DNA of 64,000 nt from an uncultured Gemmatimonadales bacterium (GTDB taxonomy: Bacteria; Gemmatimonadota; Gemmatimonadetes; Gemmatimonadales; Gemmatimonadaceae): the NCBI GenBank assembly GCA_963707505.1, contig CAVPQB010000004.1, forward strand, positions 1,184,001 to 1,248,000, given 5' to 3'. The notes beneath the pieces were generated by a model that was not told where the DNA came from, did not search any database, and saw only the letters and a list, made by a program, of their open reading frames with translations. The stretch's first letter is position 1. The number at the start of each line of letters is the position of its first letter. Both the position numbers and the translations under genes were made by a program. Shown here in pieces: positions 1 to 8,259 of this stretch.

Positions 1-44
1 GCCGTCCGAAGGCCCGTAAGCGGTTCCAGTTCTCCAAACGTTAA
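1..44 (+). CDS. rpsI: 30S ribosomal protein S9, 3' end (partial)
   Basis: Frame from nt 3 reads RPKARKRFQFSKR*, the conserved S9 C-terminus. Confidence 0.93.
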   Translation, partial: RPKARKRFQFSKR

Positions 45-52
45 AACCCGTA

Positions 53-93
53 GGGGCCGGCCTCCGTGCCGACCCCGGCGGCGCACGTTTTTT
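53..93 (+). terminator. Possible intrinsic terminator/hairpin after rpsI
   Basis: GGGGCCGGC-loop-GCCGACCCC imperfect stem with a T6 run about 11 nt downstream (not directly adjacent). Confidence 0.35.
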
Positions 94-105
94 GTGGCGG
101 CAGTG

Positions 106-214
106 GCAGGGGCGACGCATGCGTCGCCCAGGCAGCAGCAAGGCGAAGTAGCAAGGCGCAGCAGCAAGGCGAAGCAGCAAGGCGAAGTATGGGCGACGCA
201 TGCGTCGCCCATAC
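106..214. repeat. Pair of REP-like perfect palindromes separated by four 13-nt tandem repeats
   Basis: GGGCGACGCATGCGTCGCCC at 110-129 and 191-210 (second extends to a 28-bp palindrome, 187-214); GCAAGGCG(A/C)AG(T/C)A x4 at 138-189. Confidence 0.85.
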
Positions 215-321
215 AGCTACACAACAAGCATCCTCCCCGAGTTTCGACGGGTGCCGGCTTCGGTCGGTCGTCGCGACGCTGAAGGGCGGAGACGACACCA
301 ACCAACCAAGGATTTAGCAGA

Positions 322-1260
322 ATGTCCCAGCCCAACCTCGAGCAGCTGCTCGAAGCCGGCGTTCACTTCGGCCACCAGACGCGCCGTTGGAACCCGAAGA
401 TGCGCAGATTCATATTCGCCGAGCGCAACGGCATCCATATCATTGATCTTCAGAAGACCCTGCGCCAGCTCGAATTGGCTCAGAAGCTGGTGCGTGAAGT
501 CGTCGCACGCGGCGACCAGGTCCTCTTCGTCTGCACCAAGCGCCAGCTCGTTCCGATCGTCAAGTCGGAAGCAGAGCGTTGCGGCGCGATGTTCGTGACC
601 GAGCGCTGGCTCGGCGGTCTGCTCACCAACTTCCAGACCGCCAAGAAGCAGCTCCGCAAGCTCAAGGATCTCGACGCTGGAATCGAGGGCGGCGGTGACT
701 TCGCGAACTACACGAAGAAAGAGCAGCTCATGATGACGCGCCAGCGCGACAAGCTCGCCAAGAATCTTTCCGGCATCAAGTCGATGACGCGTCTTCCGGG
801 TCTCATGTACGTCATCGATTCCAAGAAGGAGCGCATCGCGGTCGCCGAAGCCAACAAGCTCGGTATCCCGATCGTGGCGCTCGTCGATACGAATGCCGAT
901 CCGGATCTCATCACGGTTCCGGTCGCGAGCAACGACGACGCGATTCGCGCGGTCGAGCTCATGACCTCCGCGATTGCCGATGCAATCATCGACGCTCGTC
1001 GCGAGGCGCCAGTTCGTACGGAAGTCGAGGAGTCCGAGTCGTACACGTACAGCTCTGATCGCGGCGCCGAGCCCGAAGCGGGCGATGAGCGTCGCCGTCG
1101 CCGCCGGCCGCGTCGTCGTCGCGCCAATCAGGAAGCGATCGCTGCACGCCTCAAGGGTGTGCCGGGAGCGGAAGGCGAGGCCGCACAGTCGGATGCCGGT
1201 GGCGATAGCGGCGATGCGGGCGATGCAGGCGACAGTGGCGCGGAGCCGGCCGCGGAGTAA
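322..1260 (+). CDS. rpsB: 30S ribosomal protein S2
   Basis: LLEAGVHFGHQTRRWNPKM, VDTNADPD and NDDAIRA motifs; followed by tsf. Confidence 0.99.
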   Translation: MSQPNLEQLLEAGVHFGHQTRRWNPKMRRFIFAERNGIHIIDLQKTLRQLELAQKLVREVVARGDQVLFVCTKRQLVPIVKSEAERCGAMFVTERWLGGLLTNFQTAKKQLRKLKDLDAGIEGGGDFANYTKKEQLMMTRQRDKLAKNLSGIKSMTRLPGLMYVIDSKKERIAVAEANKLGIPIVALVDTNADPDLITVPVASNDDAIRAVELMTSAIADAIIDARREAPVRTEVEESESYTYSSDRGAEPEAGDERRRRRRPRRRRANQEAIAARLKGVPGAEGEAAQSDAGGDSGDAGDAGDSGAEPAAE

Positions 1261-1278
1261 CTGCGACCGACCAATCTT

Positions 1279-1315
1279 GAACGCCGCCGCGGATCACCAC
1301 GGCGGCGTTCGTTTG
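1279..1315 (+). terminator. Hairpin between rpsB and tsf (attenuator/weak terminator-like)
   Basis: GAACGCCGCCG ... CGGCGGCGTTC inverted repeat followed by GTTTG. Confidence 0.5.
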
Positions 1316-1349
1316 ACAGACACCGACAATAACCAACCGAAGGCCAACG

Positions 1350-1943
1350 ATGTATACAGCTAAAGACGTGCAGACCCTCCGCCAGCGCACCGGCGCGGGC
1401 ATGATGGAATGCAAGAAGGCGCTCGAAGAGATGAGCGGAGACATGGAAAAGGCGGTCGACCATCTTCGCAAGAAGGGAATTGCCAAGGCCGAGAAGCGCA
1501 CCGGCAAGCAGACCAGCGAGGGACTCATCTCCAGCTACATTCACCACAACGGCAAGGTCGGCGTGATGGTGGAGATCAATTGCGAGACCGACTTCGTAGC
1601 GCGTACGGACGACTTCAAGGAGCTTGGGCGCGAGATTGCCCTGCACATCGCCAGTGCGGCCCCGGTGGCGGTCGACAAGAGCGGCGTCTCGCAGGAGCTA
1701 GTGGACCGTGAACGCGCTATCTTCGAGGAGCAGGCAAGGGCGAGCGGCAAGCCGGACGCAATTATTCAGAAGATGGTCGAGGGCAAGGTCGAGTCGTACT
1801 ACAAGGAAGTTGCGCTGGTGTCGCAACCGTACGTACGCGAGCCGAAGAAGACCATCGGCGATCTGATCAAGGAAGCGTCGGCCAAGCTCGGAGAAAACAT
1901 TCAGGTTCGTCGTTTCACACGATACCAACTGGGCGAGGAGTAA
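1350..1943 (+). CDS. tsf: Elongation factor Ts (short form)
   Basis: LRQRTGAGMMECKKAL and EINCETDFVA motifs. Confidence 0.99.
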   Translation: MYTAKDVQTLRQRTGAGMMECKKALEEMSGDMEKAVDHLRKKGIAKAEKRTGKQTSEGLISSYIHHNGKVGVMVEINCETDFVARTDDFKELGREIALHIASAAPVAVDKSGVSQELVDRERAIFEEQARASGKPDAIIQKMVEGKVESYYKEVALVSQPYVREPKKTIGDLIKEASAKLGENIQVRRFTRYQLGEE

Positions 1944-1949
1944 AGACGA

Positions 1950-2663
1950 TTGTCCGATCCCAAGCTGCGCCGCATTCTACTCAAGCTCTCCGGTGAAGCG
2001 CTCGCCGGTGACAAGGGCTTCGGTTTTGATTTTGATGTGATCTCGGGCTATGCCAACGAGATCAAGAATGTGGTCGACGCTGGGGTCGGCGTCGGTCTCG
2101 TCATCGGCGGCGGAAACATCGTTCGTGGTGCGCAGATCTCGCGCATGGGAATGGACCGTGTTGCCGCCGACTACATGGGAATGCTCGGCACCGTCGTCAA
2201 TTCGCTCGCGATGCAGGATGTGCTGGAGCGCATAGGGGTGGACACGCGCGTGATGACAGCGATTCGCATGGAGGAGATCGCCGAGCCGTACATCCGCCGT
2301 CGTGCGTTGCGTCACTTCGAGAAGGGACGCGCGGTGATTTTCGCTGCGGGCACGGGCAATCCTTATTTTTCGACCGATACGGCGGCCGCGCTCCGAGCGA
2401 TTCAGATGCGTGCCGACGTCATCATCAAGGCGACGAGCGTGGACGGCGTTTATTCTGCCGATCCCAAGCGCGATCCGCATGCGGTCCTGTACGAGACGAT
2501 TTCGTACAACGACGTCATGCAGCGCGAGCTGGGAGTCATGGACCAGACGGCCGTTACATTGTGCAAGGAAAACAGCCTGCCGCTCATCGTTCTGAACATC
2601 AACCATCCCGGAGCGGTCATGAAGGCCGTTCGCGGAGAACCAGTGGGGACGCGCGTATCATGA
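1950..2663 (+). CDS. pyrH: Uridylate kinase
   Basis: [34 protein letters not shown]. Confidence 0.99.
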   Translation: MSDPKLRRILLKLSGEALAGDKGFGFDFDVISGYANEIKNVVDAGVGVGLVIGGGNIVRGAQISRMGMDRVAADYMGMLGTVVNSLAMQDVLERIGVDTRVMTAIRMEEIAEPYIRRRALRHFEKGRAVIFAAGTGNPYFSTDTAAALRAIQMRADVIIKATSVDGVYSADPKRDPHAVLYETISYNDVMQRELGVMDQTAVTLCKENSLPLIVLNINHPGAVMKAVRGEPVGTRVS

Positions 2664-3214
2664 CGACGATTCCGCAGATTTCTAAGGATTCACGCACCGC
2701 GATGGACAAGGCGATCGAGAACTCGAAGCGCGAGTTCAGCTCGATCCGGTCCGGCAAGGCGTCACCGAACATGCTCGACAGCATCCGCGTCGACGTGTAC
2801 GGTCAGCAGATGCAGCTCAATCAGGTGGCAAGTGTCGCGTCACCTGATCCGCGATCACTTCTCGTCACGCCATACGACAAGGGTCAGCTCAAGGCGATCG
2901 AGAAGGCGATCCGTGAATCGGACCTCGGACTTGATCCGAGCACGCAGGGCGGTATCATCCGCGTTCCGCTTCCATCGATGAACGAGCAGCGTCGCAGGGA
3001 GCTCGTCAAGGTGGTGCACAAGCTCGCGGAAGACGGTCGCATCGGCATCCGTCACGCGCGCACCGACGGCCGCGAAAAGCTCAAGAAGCTGGACAAGGTG
3101 TCCGAGGACGAAGTGAAGGCGGCAGAGAAGGATCTCCAGAAGGCTCACGACGAGCACATGACACAGCTGGAGTCGCTGCTCAAGGCGAAAGAAGCGGAAA
3201 TCATGGAAGTCTGA
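2660..3214 (+). CDS. frr: Ribosome recycling factor
   Basis: [12 protein letters not shown] and [17 protein letters not shown] at 2660 overlaps the pyrH stop (ATGA). Confidence 0.98.
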   Translation: MTTIPQISKDSRTAMDKAIENSKREFSSIRSGKASPNMLDSIRVDVYGQQMQLNQVASVASPDPRSLLVTPYDKGQLKAIEKAIRESDLGLDPSTQGGIIRVPLPSMNEQRRRELVKVVHKLAEDGRIGIRHARTDGREKLKKLDKVSEDEVKAAEKDLQKAHDEHMTQLESLLKAKEAEIMEV

Positions 3215-3222
3215 CGCAGGTC

Positions 3223-4077
3223 GTGTCAGAACTTTCCAGACGCATTCTCTTCGCGGTAGTCGCCGCGCCTGTCGGGATAGCCCTCGTCTATCTCGGCGGA
3301 CCATTCCTCGCCACCCTGCTCTCGGTCATAGCAGCGCTCGGCGCCTGGGAATTTTGCCGCATCGCGCGCGCCTCGGGTGCGCAGCCATTCGATGCCGCCG
3401 CGGTCGTCGGCGCGGCAGCAATCCCGTTGCTCGTTTACGGAGTGCAACTCCGGCTTCTCGCCCCGACGTGGACACACGCCGTCGTTGCGGGGCTCGTTGT
3501 GTTCGCTGCAACGATCTTCAGACGAGGGATCGGCGGACGGCCGCTGCTCGCCGCTGCGACGACGGTGTTCTGCGTCGCGTATCTCGGACTCGTTGCCTAC
3601 GTGTTCTACCTGCGCTACGATGATTACGTGATCGACGCGCGCGGCGGAACCGCGCTTGCAATGTTTCCGATTTTGGTGACCTGGGCGACCGACATTGGCG
3701 CTTACGCGTTCGGCCGATTGGTAGGCTCGCACAAGCTGATGCCGTCGGTGAGTCCGGGCAAGACGATCGAAGGATCATTCGGCGGATTGCTTCTCGCCGT
3801 CGTAGTCGCGTTGCTGTACGTCAGCTATGTGTTGCATCCCATGGCGCAGCTATCTCTGCGGCCTCTTGCAATCGTCCTGTTTGCGGTGTGCATAAGCGCG
3901 GTAGCGCAGGTCGGCGATCTTGCAGAGTCGCTGATAAAGCGCGAAGCCGGCATCAAGGATAGCTCCACACTGATACCGGGACACGGCGGCGTGCTCGATC
4001 GTTTCGACAGCCTGCTCTTCGTGCTTCCTGTTGCGGCGCTGCTGTTGCGCGCAATGCTCATTCCGGCGCCAGTGTGA
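3223..4077 (+). CDS. cdsA: Phosphatidate cytidylyltransferase
   Basis: Multi-TM; SPGKTIEG and KREAGIKDSSTLIPGHGGVLDRFDS signature. Confidence 0.97.
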   Translation: MSELSRRILFAVVAAPVGIALVYLGGPFLATLLSVIAALGAWEFCRIARASGAQPFDAAAVVGAAAIPLLVYGVQLRLLAPTWTHAVVAGLVVFAATIFRRGIGGRPLLAAATTVFCVAYLGLVAYVFYLRYDDYVIDARGGTALAMFPILVTWATDIGAYAFGRLVGSHKLMPSVSPGKTIEGSFGGLLLAVVVALLYVSYVLHPMAQLSLRPLAIVLFAVCISAVAQVGDLAESLIKREAGIKDSSTLIPGHGGVLDRFDSLLFVLPVAALLLRAMLIPAPV

Positions 4078-5204
4078 GACAGCGCGGGATCGCGATACTC
4101 GGCTCGACTGGCTCGATAGGCACGGCCACGCTCAGAGTAATCGCACGGCACGCCGATCAGTTTCGCGTCGTTGCGCTTACCGCGTTCGCAAACGCCACGC
4201 TACTTCGCGAACAGGCGAAGTCGACTGATCCGCGGTATGTCGGGATAGTCACCCCCAGCATCGACGCGGAGCGCGGGTGGGCGACGGGCGCCGAATGCCT
4301 GGTCGAAGCAGCGACGCGTCCTGATGTGGACCTGGTCGTGAATGCAGTCGTCGGCGCAGCAGGACTGCAGGCGACGCTGGCTGCTCTGCGCGCGGGCAAG
4401 CGTGTGGCGCTTGCGAACAAGGAATCGCTCGTGATCGGCGGCGAGTTCATGCTTCGCGCGTGCAGAGACGAGGGCGGCGAGATCGTGCCGGTGGATAGCG
4501 AGCACAGCGCGATCATGCAGTGCATCGGCGCGCGGCCCGAGAGTGAGGTCAGTCGGCTCATTCTTACAGCGTCCGGGGGCCCGTTCCGCGAATGGGACGC
4601 TGAGCGCATCACCAAGGCAACTATTAGCGATGCGTTGAATCATCCGACCTGGACGATGGGGCGCAAGATCACCGTGGACAGTGCAACGCTCGCGAACAAG
4701 GCGCTGGAAGTGATCGAAGCCCATTATTTGTTCGACGTGCCGTACGACCGTATTGACGTTGTCGTTCATCCACAGAGCATCATCCATTCGTTCGTCGAAT
4801 TTGTGGATGGGAGCGTGCTCGCGCAGCTCGGCTTTCCGACGATGGAGCTGCCGATTCTGTACGCGCTGACGCATCCCGAGCGTGTCGCTGACGCGCCGGC
4901 GCGGCGGTTCGATCCTGCCGCCGCATCTCCCCTCACATTCGAGCCAGTCGATATCGGGCGGTTTCCGTCGCTCGCATTGGGAGTTCAGGCGGGATGTAGT
5001 GGTGGAGCGGCGCCAGCCGTATTCAATGGCGCCAACGAGCAGGCGGTTTGCCTCTTCCTGGCCGGTGCGATCGGATTCTCGGACATTCCGCGCGCGATCG
5101 AGTCAGCGCTTGCCTCCCTTGGCGGCCTGCCTGCCGACTCGATCGAGGACGTCACTGCCGCGGACAGCGCGGCAAGGATCCACGTCGTCGAGCTTTTCCG
5201 CTAG
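4074..5204 (+). CDS. dxr: 1-deoxy-D-xylulose 5-phosphate reductoisomerase
   Basis: LGSTGSIG, LANKESL, PVDSEH, TASGGPF, HPTWTMGRKITVDSATL. Confidence 0.99.
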   Translation: MRQRGIAILGSTGSIGTATLRVIARHADQFRVVALTAFANATLLREQAKSTDPRYVGIVTPSIDAERGWATGAECLVEAATRPDVDLVVNAVVGAAGLQATLAALRAGKRVALANKESLVIGGEFMLRACRDEGGEIVPVDSEHSAIMQCIGARPESEVSRLILTASGGPFREWDAERITKATISDALNHPTWTMGRKITVDSATLANKALEVIEAHYLFDVPYDRIDVVVHPQSIIHSFVEFVDGSVLAQLGFPTMELPILYALTHPERVADAPARRFDPAAASPLTFEPVDIGRFPSLALGVQAGCSGGAAPAVFNGANEQAVCLFLAGAIGFSDIPRAIESALASLGGLPADSIEDVTAADSAARIHVVELFR

Positions 5205-5307
5205 CATGGGCCGCCCCGGGGCTCTGGTCATGATGTATGTTTGGTGGAAGGCGGTTACTCTGCGCGGTGAGCTTCCGCGGCGTGACGAATACGGTGACGG
5301 GTGAAAC

Positions 5308-6513
5308 GTGCCTCTGACTGAAGACTGTCCGCTCGCAGAGATCCTTGCCGTGCGTCTCCGTGAGTCACGCGACGAGCTGACTGCGCGCTGGCTCGATCGT
5401 ATCGCTGCGCGCGTGTCCGTCGAGCCGGATCGAATCTTTCCATCCGCTGAGCTTCTGGATCACGTCCCGGTGCTGATCGACGGAATCGCTGGCTATGTCG
5501 CCGATTCCGCTGCCGTAGTCTCTGCCGACATGTCCGTTGTTGACAAGGCGCGAGAGCTTGGCGCTCTCCGTCATACGCAGGGCTTCGATCAGTACGAGAT
5601 TCTCAAGGAGTTCGAGATTCTTGGTGGAATCCTGCTTACGTTCGTTGGCGAGGTGGCCGGGCGCACCGAAGTGAAGTGCAGCAACGGCGAGCTCATGGCC
5701 TGTGCTCAGCGCGTCTTTCATGCGGTGTGCCTCATCCAGGAGGCGACGTCGACGCAATTTCTCCAGTTGGTTACCGACCGGGTTGCAGAGCGCGAAGAGC
5801 GGCTACGTGCATTCAATCGTGCGCTGACGCACGAATTTCGAAATCGCATCGGCGCGTGTCTTGGTGCGGGACAGATTCTGCAGATGCCCGATCTTGACCC
5901 GGACAAGCGCGGAGAACTCGCAGCGGTGATCGTCCGTAATGTCCGCGGCATGCAGGGAATACTCGATAATCTGCTCGAACTCACACGCGTCGGCGCGGAC
6001 GCACGCCAACACAGGCATGTGCGGCTGCCTGGCGCTGCAGCTGAAGTGGGCAGAGAGTTGCGCGAGATGGCGGCGGCGCAGGGGATAACGCTACGATTCG
6101 GCGATAATCTTCCGGACGTCGAAGTTGCCGCAGCGGCGATCGAGTTGTGTCTCACCAATCTCGTGTCGAACGCCATCAAGTACAGCGATCCGTCGGAGCC
6201 TCACCCATGGATCGAGGTGCGAGGAGCGCTCGAAACTGGGAGCGACGGCGATACTGAGGTCGTCGTCGAGGTTGCGGACAACGGACTTGGCGTGCCGGAG
6301 GCCGAGCGGGACCGGCTGTTCGAACGGTTCTATCGTGCGAGTCATGGTGAAAGGGAGATAGAAGGCACAGGGCTGGGGCTCGCCATCGTGCGGGAGACCG
6401 TGAAGTCGCTTGGCGGCCGCGTCTGGGCTCGTTTTCCCGGAAAAGGATCGGTGTTCGCCATCTCGCTTCCATTGCGTCGGGAGCAGGACGCGGGGGCTGT
6501 CGCCGACCAATGA
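5308..6513 (+). CDS. Cytoplasmic sensor histidine kinase (helical RsbRD_N-like sensor + HisKA + HATPase)
   Basis: H-box LTHEFRN, N-box NLVSNAIKY, DNGLG, LFERFYR, GTGLGLAIV; no TM segment. Confidence 0.92.
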   Translation: MPLTEDCPLAEILAVRLRESRDELTARWLDRIAARVSVEPDRIFPSAELLDHVPVLIDGIAGYVADSAAVVSADMSVVDKARELGALRHTQGFDQYEILKEFEILGGILLTFVGEVAGRTEVKCSNGELMACAQRVFHAVCLIQEATSTQFLQLVTDRVAEREERLRAFNRALTHEFRNRIGACLGAGQILQMPDLDPDKRGELAAVIVRNVRGMQGILDNLLELTRVGADARQHRHVRLPGAAAEVGRELREMAAAQGITLRFGDNLPDVEVAAAAIELCLTNLVSNAIKYSDPSEPHPWIEVRGALETGSDGDTEVVVEVADNGLGVPEAERDRLFERFYRASHGEREIEGTGLGLAIVRETVKSLGGRVWARFPGKGSVFAISLPLRREQDAGAVADQ

Positions 6514-6615
6514 CCCGCGGCTAGCGGACGCTGACGTGGCGCTAAATTACAGCCGTACGGATCCCGCACATACGGACGGCCATCGGGGCTGACCGAATCC
6601 ATTTCATCCCCAGTC

Positions 6616-7770
6616 ATGCTAGTCTGGCTCGCACCTGTATTCGTCCTGGGAATCGTGGTTTTTGTCCACGAGTTCGGCCATTTTCTCGCCGCAAAGGCGT
6701 TCGGCGTCTATGCGCCGCGGTTCTCGATAGGCTTCGGCCCGGCGATCGCGAAGAAGCGTATCGGCGAGACCGAGTACCGCATCGGGATTCTCCCCATCGG
6801 CGGATACGTTCGGATGGCCTCACGATTGGATGAGACGAGCGCGGCGCTGGAAGGCGGCGGCGAGCTGGTCGCTGACCCCGACAATCTCGACCCCGATGAA
6901 ATGATCCCGTTCGGCTCCAAGCCGGTGCCCGAGGATCGCTGGTTCGAGTCCAAGTCGCTCGCCGCGAGGCTGATCATAATGCTGGCTGGCGTTACGATGA
7001 ACGTGATTCTGGGTTGGGCGATAAACGTTACACTCGTAAAGACTTATGAGCACGCCGCGACAAGTCGCTTGAGCCTCGTTGTGGCGGATAAACCGGCGTC
7101 CTTAGCGGGTTTTCAGAAGGGTGACAGCATAGTTGCGGTGAACGGTGCACCGATCGGCGGATGGGATGATTTCGTCGAGGTCATCAAGCGATCCAGCGGA
7201 ACGCCGGTAGCGGTGCAGGTGTTGCGCGGAACGAATCCGCTGACGTTGCACGTCACGCCGGTGTCCGATACCGTCACAGATCCGAGCAGCGGGACGGTGA
7301 GCCGCGAAGGACGCATCGGCGTCGCGGCGGGCCAGAGCGACCAGACGGTCGGTTTTGGACGGGCGCTGGTCGATGGCAGCAGGGCGACGCTCGACATGGG
7401 AACTCTGGTCTTTACGTCGCTCCGCCGAATCGCGACGCGCCAGACGTCGGTGACGGAGCTGGGTGGGCCGATTCTGATCGCGCAGTCGTCGGTTCAGGCG
7501 GCAAAGCAGGGGGGCTCCGTGCTGTTCTACCTGATCGCGCTGCTGAGTGTAAACCTGGCTGTGTTCAACCTGCTGCCAGTCCCGATTCTGGATGGCGGTC
7601 AGATCGTGGTTCAGGTGGTCGAGGCGGCTCGCGGGCAGCCCTTGAGCGATAGAGCGCGCGAGAACGTCGCGCGTGTGGGCCTTGCGCTCATTCTGGCGCT
7701 GTTCGTGATGGTGACCTTCAACGACATCAAGCGGCTGGTAGTCGGGGTCGTCGCGGGGCACGCGGGGTAA
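6616..7770 (+). CDS. rseP: RIP metalloprotease RseP (M50, PDZ)
   Basis: HEFGH and NLLPVPILDGG motifs, central PDZ-like segment. Confidence 0.96.
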   Translation: MLVWLAPVFVLGIVVFVHEFGHFLAAKAFGVYAPRFSIGFGPAIAKKRIGETEYRIGILPIGGYVRMASRLDETSAALEGGGELVADPDNLDPDEMIPFGSKPVPEDRWFESKSLAARLIIMLAGVTMNVILGWAINVTLVKTYEHAATSRLSLVVADKPASLAGFQKGDSIVAVNGAPIGGWDDFVEVIKRSSGTPVAVQVLRGTNPLTLHVTPVSDTVTDPSSGTVSREGRIGVAAGQSDQTVGFGRALVDGSRATLDMGTLVFTSLRRIATRQTSVTELGGPILIAQSSVQAAKQGGSVLFYLIALLSVNLAVFNLLPVPILDGGQIVVQVVEAARGQPLSDRARENVARVGLALILALFVMVTFNDIKRLVVGVVAGHAG

Positions 7771-7875
7771 GTATTCGAGGCCTACCGTCCGACCTCCGAA
7801 CAGCTTAGTTTTAAAGGCTTACCGCGAAATTAGAAGACCCGACGCGCAGATCGCGCGACACGCACACCCTGTTAC

Positions 7876-8136
7876 ATGGCTTTCGACAAGACTCCGACAA
7901 TCGAGAAATACCGCGCGAGCGAGACCGACACCGGTTCCTCACGCGTCCAGGTGGCCGTTCTGACCGACCGGATCAATTACCTGAACGAGCACTTCAAGAC
8001 CCACAAGAAGGATCACCACAGCCGTCGTGGGCTCCTGAAGATGGTTGGCCGGCGTCGCCGGCTTCTCGATTACATGAAGCGGACAGAAGTTGAGGGGTAT
8101 CGTCAGCTCATCGCCGAGCTCGGGCTCCGTTACTAA
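7876..8136 (+). CDS. rpsO: 30S ribosomal protein S15
   Basis: [10 protein letters not shown] and [24 protein letters not shown]. Confidence 0.99.
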   Translation: MAFDKTPTIEKYRASETDTGSSRVQVAVLTDRINYLNEHFKTHKKDHHSRRGLLKMVGRRRRLLDYMKRTEVEGYRQLIAELGLRY

Positions 8137-8154
8137 CACGAAAGTTGAACGGGA

Positions 8155-8204
8155 AAACGCGCGTCGTGAGGATGACACCGTAGTCATCCATCATGCGCGC
8201 GTTT
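8155..8204 (+). promoter_or_regulatory. Long stem-loop in the rpsO-pnp spacer
   Basis: AAACGCGCG/CGCGCGTTT, CGTGA/TCATG and GGATGAC/GTCATCC pair around a 6-nt loop. Confidence 0.6.
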
Positions 8205-8259
8205 CGTGCTTCCGACACCTGTGCGGGTGTGGATTGAAAACAGAGAGAAAATCTGAGAG

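Noticed and set aside
106..214. CRISPR array
   Set aside because: Only two palindromes, the spacer is itself a tandem repeat and there are no cas genes
219..321. S2 autoregulatory leader RNA before rpsB
   Set aside because: Has a GGGTGCC element and a hairpin reminiscent of rpsB leaders, but I cannot establish the structure without a covariance search
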